DNA of 64,000 nt, taken from positions 2,848,001 to 2,912,000 of the forward strand of contig OY820905.2 of assembly GCA_963555755.3 (NCBI GenBank). Direction: 5' to 3'. The translations under genes and the position numbers were made by a program. Positions 56,769-64,000 of the stretch are shown one piece after another. Position 1 is the stretch's first letter, and each line of letters begins with the position of its first letter. This stretch comes from Nitrospirales bacterium. GTDB lineage: Bacteria; Nitrospirota; Nitrospiria; Nitrospirales; UBA8639. The notes beneath the pieces were generated by a model, which saw only the letters and a program-made list of their open reading frames with translations, was not told the DNA's origin and did not search any database.

Positions 56769-57248
56769 TTATTCTCGCTGACGAGTTTTCATAGCTCGGT
56801 CCATTTCCCGACCAGCTTCCCGTTTTTTGACGGTCTCGCGTTTGTCATAATGCTTTTTCCCACGAGCCAGACCCAACTCAACTTTGGCAATTCCGCGGGA
56901 ATTGAAGTAAATACGTAGGGGAACAAGCGTCAGCCCTTTTAATTTGACCTTTTCGGCAAGCTTCTCAATTTGCTTTTTATGCAACAACATGGGGCGAGGA
57001 CGTAATGGCTCATGGTTCATAATGTTGCCATGGCTATATTCTCCAATATGACAGTTATGAAGAACGGCCTTGCCCTTGACCACTGTGGCATAGCCCTCAC
57101 GCAAATTGACCCGGCCTTCCCTTAGCGACTTCACTTCCGTCCCTTTCAGGATCAAGCCTGCCTCTATTTTTTCCTCAATCGAATAGTCGTGAAACGCTTT
57201 CCGATTGGAGCCGACGACTTTAGTTGTGGAATCCTGCTTTGCAGCCAT
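56769..57248 (-). CDS. smpB: SsrA-binding protein
   Basis: NRKAFHDY, EAGLIL.GTEVKSLR, GKKHYDKR. Confidence 0.97.
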   Translation of the reverse strand: MAAKQDSTTKVVGSNRKAFHDYSIEEKIEAGLILKGTEVKSLREGRVNLREGYATVVKGKAVLHNCHIGEYSHGNIMNHEPLRPRPMLLHKKQIEKLAEKVKLKGLTLVPLRIYFNSRGIAKVELGLARGKKHYDKRETVKKREAGREMDRAMKTRQRE

Positions 57249-57282
57249 AAATAAACCCTAAAGGATCATTGAAAGCATTTTC

Positions 57283-57348
57283 TCCTCCCCCTTTGTAAGG
57301 AGGCCTGCGCGCCGAAGCCGCACCGGCGAAGGAGAGGGCTGGGGGAGG
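57283..57348. repeat. Two-level nested REP-like palindrome
   Basis: Family F-like outer element with a CCTGCGCGCCGAAGCCGC..GGCGAAGG insert. Confidence 0.6.
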
Positions 57349-57496
57349 TAGAGACATTCAACTGTTAAAAAGCGTGAAATATAGGAACACGAGTCTCATT
57401 CTCCTATAGATTCCCTCAGGGTAGATGAAGAAAATAGGGAGCCCAATACCATGACCTGGCTTGATCCCTTCCGCGCTCAAGCCTTACAATCTAGCC

Positions 57497-57967
57497 ATGC
57501 ATTCCTTTACCTCCTTTCATTCCATTTTACAAGGCCTCGCCCGAAGCCAGGGTTTTGACGTTCGGCTTTGGGAGTATCGGCTGCAAACCCAATGGAGAGA
57601 TATCGTCGGAGAGGTGCTAGCCGCTCATACCTGGCCAACCAGAATTCGCTTTCGGAAACTCTTTATCGCCGTGGACAATTCGGTGTGGCTGCATCAACTG
57701 ACGTATCTGAAGTCTACCCTCATGGAAAAAATACAATCCGAAGCACCCGATCTCTATTTTCGAGACATTGTCTTCCGAATCGGGGAAATCCCAGTACAAA
57801 AATGGGAAGATCAAGAACCCAAGAATACTCTTCCTCACGTTTCCGCAGAATCCCTTATGACCGCAACTGAATATACCCGAGAAGTCACCAATGAAGAATT
57901 ACGCTACTCCTTGACCCGTATCATCTCCAAAGCGCTTTCTTCTTCAGGTGATATTCGTAATTTTTAA
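57497..57967 (+). CDS. DUF721/DciA family protein
   Basis: WRDIVG..AAHT.P, VDNSVWLHQL; TACAAT 6 nt before the ATG. Confidence 0.85.
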   Translation: MHSFTSFHSILQGLARSQGFDVRLWEYRLQTQWRDIVGEVLAAHTWPTRIRFRKLFIAVDNSVWLHQLTYLKSTLMEKIQSEAPDLYFRDIVFRIGEIPVQKWEDQEPKNTLPHVSAESLMTATEYTREVTNEELRYSLTRIISKALSSSGDIRNF

Positions 57968-57983
57968 TGATTTCAAAACTCAA

Positions 57984-58124
57984 GGGCACCTCTAAAAACC
58001 AGGCATTTTTTGTGAGGGCAAGGAAGCCGCGCGCGGAAAACCGGAGTGTATGGGCGAATACATGAGGATTTGAGCACGCGGCTGACGCCGCCATCACGGA
58101 AAAGGACGGTTTTTAGAGGTGCCC
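57984..58124. mobile_element. MITE family C
   Basis: 141 bp, TCAA duplicated. Confidence 0.9.
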
Positions 58125-58138
58125 TCAAATATCTTGGC

Positions 58139-58172
58139 TTAACCCCCCAAACCACTACCTAGGGGGGGTTAA
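58139..58172. terminator. Hairpin, possible terminator
   Basis: TTAACCCCCC..GGGGGGTTAA. Confidence 0.5.
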
Positions 58173-58324
58173 ACAACAGCTATAAAACAACCATTGCTCT
58201 TCGCTTTGTACTCCCTATTCTGTTAGACCCTTAAAACAGGCATTCCCTCTGATTATTATTCCTTCTCAATATATGCCATTTTTTATTAAACTATTCTTCA
58301 TTTGATACTTGGGAGCAATGTTCG

Positions 58325-59103
58325 ATGAATTCGGCCAAGTTGTTCGAACAAATTCATGAACGTATGGGAGAAAAATCCACGGGAGAACTATTAACGATTT
58401 GGAAAGAAAATGATCATGGGCTTTGGTCAGACGAGGCTTTTAAGGCAATAGAAGAAATTCTCTCAAGTCATAAGGTACAGCTTCCTGCCCAAGGGCAGAT
58501 CAAAAAAACGGTTCCACAATTGCAACCGCTAGAGGAAAGTTGGGAAAAACCTTTCATATCCTGGGCATTTTATATTCTTTTTCTTTTATGGATCGCGGTT
58601 TTCCATCCCTTCTTTTTTGTCGCAGGATTTTTACCTTCATTATCGAAAGCCCTCTCCACCCTGACCTTAGACAATCCCTTACAAGTATAGGACAAATTCA
58701 GGACATACATGCTTATGTCTTTTTATTGAAAGTATTTTCTTTATTAGAGTTGAGTCTTATATGTTTGGGGTATTATGCAGGGTACTTACTAGTAGAGAAA
58801 AAGTTCAACGCCCTAACTTGGACCAAACGTTACATATCTCTGTTATTTTCTTGGTTAATTTGCTCTTTCTTCATCTATAAATTTTACCCATTTGCGGAAG
58901 CTATAATTCAGGCTAAGGCTTCCGTCATAGACTTACCTCTGAATTGGGAAATCTTGTTTAAAGAAAAAGTCTCCAATCGTGCTTCGGAGTATGCTTGGAT
59001 TAGTTCAAAAATTTACATGCCCCCAATATTTTGTACTATCGTTTGGTTTATCTATTTCGCAAAGTCAAAGTGGATTGCCGAACGAATACCAACAAAACCA
59101 TAG
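58325..59103 (+). pseudogene. AT-rich membrane protein gene split over two frames
   Basis: ORFs 58325-58690 and 58540-59103 overlap by 151 bp; TM segments continue across the frames. Confidence 0.55.
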
Positions 59104-59235
59104 TTTCCCAGAGAAAAATAATCACCTTTTCCTGCCATCTTAAGACCTTTCCATCGATTCATGTTCGAACAGAACGTGGATATTTTGATCTCCCGTTTTG
59201 ATTTATTTTTTTAATGGACCGAGCCAGCCTTTTGT

Positions 59236-59667
59236 TTATTTCAGTTTGGGAAGTTCCTCAACCCATAAAACTCTTTGGCCATACTGACCTGAAGCCAAGG
59301 AAGAGTAAAATTTGCGGTCTGCTGTTACGACATGTCCATTAATGGTTTCAGCCAGGGCCAGGTACAGGCAATCGTATAAACTTTGTTTGGTTTGTAAGGC
59401 TAAGGCAAACGCAGATTTTAACAATCGTTCATCCGAATGTTTTTGCAAGGGAATATTGTTTAGTTCTTTGAGAATGGCTTCCCCTTCTTTAGGTGTGAGC
59501 TCATCTCGGCGGATTCTTTTGGAGAGGACACTACCCAGCTCTAAATTGAAAAAAGCTGGTACATGGAGCGAACCTTTCAAGAATTGCAATCTGCTGGCAG
59601 CTTCAGAGTGGATTTCAGGAAGGAACCACTTAATTCCAACGCTGGCATCCACAACATAACGGATCAC
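59236..59667 (-). CDS. VapC/PIN domain toxin (FitB-like)
   Basis: VVDASVGIKW, YDCLYLALA, VTAD. Confidence 0.92.
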   Translation of the reverse strand: MIRYVVDASVGIKWFLPEIHSEAASRLQFLKGSLHVPAFFNLELGSVLSKRIRRDELTPKEGEAILKELNNIPLQKHSDERLLKSAFALALQTKQSLYDCLYLALAETINGHVVTADRKFYSSLASGQYGQRVLWVEELPKLK

Positions 59668-59897
59668 CGATCACGATCCTCTCGAATGAGGGTAGCACTA
59701 TCATTAAATTTCCTCCTGGATTTTTCGAGGGTTTTTCGGAACTTCGCAATCCGTTTCCACGCTCCCTCATAATCAGGGACCGCTTCTTCCAAAATTATCT
59801 TCACTTCTGATTGGAGTGAACGACCATGTTCCTTGGCTCGCTTCTTCAACCGTTCCACTACCTTGTCATTGAGTTGTCGAACCAGAACTTGTGCCAT
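59664..59897 (-). CDS. FitA-like ribbon-helix-helix antitoxin
   Basis: MAQVLVRQL..LKKRAKEHGRSLQSEV; ends IREDRDR. Confidence 0.9.
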   Translation of the reverse strand: MAQVLVRQLNDKVVERLKKRAKEHGRSLQSEVKIILEEAVPDYEGAWKRIAKFRKTLEKSRRKFNDSATLIREDRDR

Positions 59898-59927
59898 GTT
59901 TCTCCCCCAGATGTATATTGACGTTTC

Positions 59928-60578
59928 CTATGATAGCAAAATGATAGCACTGCAATAGTTCACGGTCAATGCTCTCTTTTTAACTGCTACAACCCATGAT
60001 TCCTTCTTTTTTTGGGATAGTGAATCGTCATCAAACAACATCTGAATGTTTTGCTTCTTCCCGGGTTTTGCTTTATCAGGAATTGGGCCAATCCAGCCTT
60101 TGGTTTTGCCATAGAGATAGATAAAGCCCCCTCGCGCTGCTTTTTGAAATTCCTGTCGAAAAGTGTCCTCTTCCGGTCCTTCTTTATCCCCAAGATACCG
60201 ATGAAGGGTATCCGGTTCGGTCCATTTGGGATCGGAAAAAATATAGAGAATCATCTCCTGATATAACATTTTTGGATCTTCCGGTGTTGTGGGCCGCACT
60301 TTCATGGATCGAAAATCGTGGGCGGACAGGCCTAGATCTCGGAATCGATGGATCAGGGTTTTGATTTCCGGATCGCTTGTCCAGGCGGGGACATGGACGG
60401 CCACGACCGTACCTTCCTGCCAGCCAATGCTATAGGGCGGAATGGTTCGATCCGGTCTGGACAGAAACATCCCACTGGCGATGAGTAGGAACCCACCAAT
60501 GAACACGGTGAGTCCGATCTTGACAATAGGGTCCAACCGTTTTTTGGCTGGTTTATTTTTCGAATCCACTTTGGCCAA
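59928..60578 (-). CDS. Hypothetical protein with one N-terminal TM helix
   Basis: 216-aa ORF downstream of gyrA. Confidence 0.7.
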   Translation of the reverse strand: MAKVDSKNKPAKKRLDPIVKIGLTVFIGGFLLIASGMFLSRPDRTIPPYSIGWQEGTVVAVHVPAWTSDPEIKTLIHRFRDLGLSAHDFRSMKVRPTTPEDPKMLYQEMILYIFSDPKWTEPDTLHRYLGDKEGPEEDTFRQEFQKAARGGFIYLYGKTKGWIGPIPDKAKPGKKQNIQMLFDDDSLSQKKKESWVVAVKKRALTVNYCSAIILLS

Positions 60579-60605
60579 TTGCGGTTTTAGGTGTTTCTAA
60601 ATTTA

Positions 60606-60713
60606 CCCCCTCACCCTAACCCCACGCCTCCGCCAGAGCGCTCCCGGCCTTCGTAGCCACTTCGGCGGAGTAGGCTCGGCGCGCCGGCAGGTCTCCCCCA
60701 AGGGGGCGAGGGG
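60606..60713. repeat. Three-level nested REP-like palindromes
   Basis: Same architecture as 44582-44687. Confidence 0.7.
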
Positions 60714-60841
60714 AAAAACTGGAAATCCCTGCTTCGAGCCCCGTGGGGTGTGAAGGGAAACGGTCAGAAAGGCTCTACACTAAAAGTAAGGAAGAATAAA
60801 CAAATTTAGGAAGGATTTAGCAACAGCAGGTATGGAATGAG

Positions 60842-63337
60842 CTAGGAAGAACCATTCTCTTCGGCAGAATTTCCTGTACTATTGGTTTCGTTATCTTCTT
60901 CAGGGTCGGCGCTTTCGGCAAGCTTGGCTACGCCTACGACTCGGTCGGTGTCTTCCATAACAATCAGGCGAACACCTTGGGAATTTCGGCCGATGTCTCG
61001 GAGGTAATCCATTTTGGTGCGTAAGATTTTTCCTTCAGCGGTCATGAGCATAATTTCATCGGTATCGTTCACTTGATGAAAAGATACCGCTTGACCATTT
61101 TTGTCTGTCATCTTGACACTGATGACGCCTCGGCCCCCTCGGCCTTGTGGTCGGTAACCAGTGGCTAACGTTCGCTTCCCGAATCCTCCCTCGGTCACTG
61201 TCAAAATTGACGCTTCCGCCCCAGGTGTGATCGTCGTCATGCCAATGACTTGATTGGTTTCGTCGAGACTGATGCCGCGCACGCCCCGGCCCGTCCGGCC
61301 TATGGGGCGCACATCTTTTTCGCGAAACCGGATCACAATCCCTTCCTTGGAACCCAAGAGAATGTCGCTGTTTCCATCGGTGATTTCAACGCCAATGAGT
61401 TTATCGCCTTCTTCCAATGTCAAGGCAATAATTCCCCCTTGGCGCGGATTACCATACGCCGACAGCTCGGTCTTTTTTATGATCCCCCGGCGAGTGGCCA
61501 TGACTACGTAAAGATCGTCCGGAAATTCTCTAACCGGCAGCGTCGCCGTGACTTTTTCACCCGAGGCGAGGGCTAATAAATTCACCATGGCTTTGCCCTT
61601 GCTCGCACGTCCGGCTTCAGGGATTTCATGCACTTTGAGCCAATAGACTTTTCCCGCATCAGTGAAGAACAGAATGAAATCATGGGTTGAGGCCGTAAAG
61701 AGTTTTTCGACGAAATCCTCGTCCTTCACCCCCATGCCAATTTTTCCCTTACCACCCCGGCGTTGTGCACGGTATTCGGACACTGGATGACGTTTGATAT
61801 ATCCCGCATGGGATATGGTGACCGCCATTTCTTCATCCGCGATTAAATCTTCGATATTGATTTCCGCTTCTTGGGGAATGATCTGGGTACGCCGGTCGTC
61901 TTGATAGGCTTCTTTAATTTCGATCAATTCATCTTTGATGACTTTTCGGACAAGGTCTTCTGAGCCAAGGACTGCTTTTAACGAAGCAATCTTGGCCTTC
62001 AAGTCTTCGAGTTCTTGGATCAATTTGTTACGCTCGAGTTGCGTCAATCGTTGGAGCCGCATGTCGAGAATTGCGGCCGCTTGAATGTCTGACAAAGGAA
62101 ATTGTTCCACGAGTTGGGTTTTGGCCACGTCAGGGGAAGCTGATCCACGAATGAGCGTAATAATGGCGTCTAGATGTTCCAGCGCGATTTGGAGGCCTTC
62201 GAGAATATGCGCGCGTGCTTCTGCCTTCCGCATTTCAAAGGCGGTCCGGCGAATGATGACTTCTCGCCGATGTTCCAAAAACGCCACAAGGATTTGTTTA
62301 AGAGTGAGCACCTGGGGCCGGTTGTTGACCAAGGCCAGCATGATCACCCCAAAGGTGTTTTGCAGCTGCGTGTGCTTATACAACTGATTGAGTATGACCA
62401 AAGGAATTGTGCCCTTTTTCAATTCAATGACTACGCGCATGCCGTCGCGATCCGATTCGTCTCGAATATCGGATATGCCGTCGATTCGCTTTTCGTGAAT
62501 CAGTTCGGCAATCTTTTCCAACAGTTTGGCTTTATTCACCTGATAGGGGATTTCGGTCACGATGAGGCTATCACGATCACGCCGTTCATCGGTTTCGATA
62601 TGGGTCTTCGCTCGAACGGTCAACAATCCCCGACCGGTGTGATAGGCATTTTTGATCCCTTGCGTACCATAAATGAATCCCGCCGTGGGAAAATCCGGGC
62701 CGGGAATAATTTCCATCAAGTCCGCGATCGTGACCTCTGGTTCATCGAGAACTTTGATCAGCGCCGTCACCACTTCCCCGATGTTGTGTGAGGGAATGTT
62801 CGTGGCATACCCGACCGCGATACCCCCTGCGCCATTGATAAGGAGGTTCGGCACCTTAGCTGGCAGAACCAACGGCTCGACATCGGATTCATCATACGTG
62901 GGGCCAAAGTCCACGGTTTCTTTTTCGATGTCCGCCAGCATCTCCCCAGCCAACTTCGTCAGCCGGGCTTCGGTGTATCGCATGGCTGCTGGCGGATCGC
63001 CATCAACTGATCCATAGTTCCCTTGGCCATCCATGAGCGTGTAGCGCATGTTGAAGTCTTGAGCCATCCGCACCTGCGTGTCATAAATTGCCGAATCACC
63101 ATGCGGGTGATAGTTACCCATAATTTCGCCGACGATTTTGGCCGACTTCCGATAGGTGCGGTTGTGGGCCAGGCCCATTTGATGCATGCCGTACAAGATT
63201 CGCCGATGCACCGGCTTGAACCCATCTCGTACGTCGGGCAAGGCTCGACCGACGATGACACTCATCGCGTAATCGAGATACGACATTCGCATCTCATCTT
63301 CGATCGCTATTTGGGTCAGGCGTTCTTCAGGTGGCAT
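60842..63337 (-). CDS. gyrA: DNA gyrase subunit A
   Basis: SYLDYAMSVI, YHPHGD, AAMRYTE, GyrA box QRRGGKG. Confidence 0.98.
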   Translation of the reverse strand: MPPEERLTQIAIEDEMRMSYLDYAMSVIVGRALPDVRDGFKPVHRRILYGMHQMGLAHNRTYRKSAKIVGEIMGNYHPHGDSAIYDTQVRMAQDFNMRYTLMDGQGNYGSVDGDPPAAMRYTEARLTKLAGEMLADIEKETVDFGPTYDESDVEPLVLPAKVPNLLINGAGGIAVGYATNIPSHNIGEVVTALIKVLDEPEVTIADLMEIIPGPDFPTAGFIYGTQGIKNAYHTGRGLLTVRAKTHIETDERRDRDSLIVTEIPYQVNKAKLLEKIAELIHEKRIDGISDIRDESDRDGMRVVIELKKGTIPLVILNQLYKHTQLQNTFGVIMLALVNNRPQVLTLKQILVAFLEHRREVIIRRTAFEMRKAEARAHILEGLQIALEHLDAIITLIRGSASPDVAKTQLVEQFPLSDIQAAAILDMRLQRLTQLERNKLIQELEDLKAKIASLKAVLGSEDLVRKVIKDELIEIKEAYQDDRRTQIIPQEAEINIEDLIADEEMAVTISHAGYIKRHPVSEYRAQRRGGKGKIGMGVKDEDFVEKLFTASTHDFILFFTDAGKVYWLKVHEIPEAGRASKGKAMVNLLALASGEKVTATLPVREFPDDLYVVMATRRGIIKKTELSAYGNPRQGGIIALTLEEGDKLIGVEITDGNSDILLGSKEGIVIRFREKDVRPIGRTGRGVRGISLDETNQVIGMTTITPGAEASILTVTEGGFGKRTLATGYRPQGRGGRGVISVKMTDKNGQAVSFHQVNDTDEIMLMTAEGKILRTKMDYLRDIGRNSQGVRLIVMEDTDRVVGVAKLAESADPEEDNETNSTGNSAEENGSS

Positions 63338-63384
63338 AGGTTTTTATTTGACGTTTCTTATGAGAACAAATTTTAAATATCTAA

Positions 63385-63510
63385 TAAAATCTGCTCACAA
63401 TGATCATCCAGCAAGGCCGCAGGCGGCGAAAATTCCGAGGCGTACTAGTAAGTACGTTGAGGAATTTGAGCAACGAGAACGCAGCTGGGGATCATTGTGA
63501 GCAGATTTTA
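63385..63510. mobile_element. RPE-like MITE related to family B
   Basis: 21-bp TIR TAAAATCTGCTCACAATGATC; core CAAGGCCGCAG..GCGTAC..GTACGTTGAG. Confidence 0.85.
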
Positions 63511-64000
63511 CACGTCGAGGTTTCGAACTTCTAGGGCATGCTTCTGAATAAAATTTCGTCTTGGTTCGACTTCGTCGCCCATTAAAATGGTAAAAATTTC
63601 GTCTACCCCTGTCATGTCTTCCAGGGTGACTTGAAGCAACGAGCGCGTTTCCGGGTTCATCGTGGTGTCCCATAACTGCGTGGGATTCATTTCTCCCAGT
63701 CCTTTGTACCGCTGAAGATTCAAACCTTTTTTCCCCGCATCCAAAATCGCCCGGATTAATTGATCCGTCCCGGCATACGTGGTTTCGACATCACCAACTT
63801 TCATCCGGTATTCCGGGTCACCGAGCCCCATCGCGGAGGGCGCGACCTTTTGCAATTCCCGAAAATCGGCTGATCCCACGAGTTCATGGGTCACTGTTAG
63901 CGTGGAGACCTGCCCGTTGAATTGCACACGGCAGGCGATTTTATTAGATTGATGTTCTTCATCTTCAAGCATGCCTACGCTGATAGGAACGTTCGGATAC
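63508..64000 (-). CDS. gyrB: DNA gyrase subunit B, C-terminal part
   Basis: [33 protein letters not shown]. Confidence 0.97.
   Translation of the reverse strand, partial: YPNVPISVGMLEDEEHQSNKIACRVQFNGQVSTLTVTHELVGSADFRELQKVAPSAMGLGDPEYRMKVGDVETTYAGTDQLIRAILDAGKKGLNLQRYKGLGEMNPTQLWDTTMNPETRSLLQVTLEDMTGVDEIFTILMGDEVEPRRNFIQKHALEVRNLDV

Overview
Bacterial chromosomal window whose gene content and order suggest Nitrospirota (Nitrospirales-like; inference, not a database result). Housekeeping blocks are surA-like/mfd, rfaE2, tRNA-Val-thrS-infC-rpmI-rplT, hemD, PPi-PFK, GH65, smpB, dciA and gyrA/gyrB. They are interleaved with accessory blocks rich in toxin-antitoxin genes, three full-length IS elements (IS1634, IS1380, IS5 families) and many palindromic MITE/REP-like repeats that nest inside each other. 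Main observations: (1) the 3' end of a czcC/tolC gene occurs three times, each copy followed by different cargo, and similar orphan 3'-end relics (ftsH x2, hemL, rhodanese, tRNA-Lys, higB) mark other accessory boundaries with no integrase in the window; (2) an integrase-less integron remnant with a clear gene cassette and attC; (3) an operon of cytidylyltransferase + PEAMT-like methyltransferase + CDP-alcohol phosphotransferase that could be a bacterial phospho-base methylation route to choline-type lipids; (4) repeated three-level nesting of small palindromic elements. No CRISPR array, rRNA or prophage was seen.
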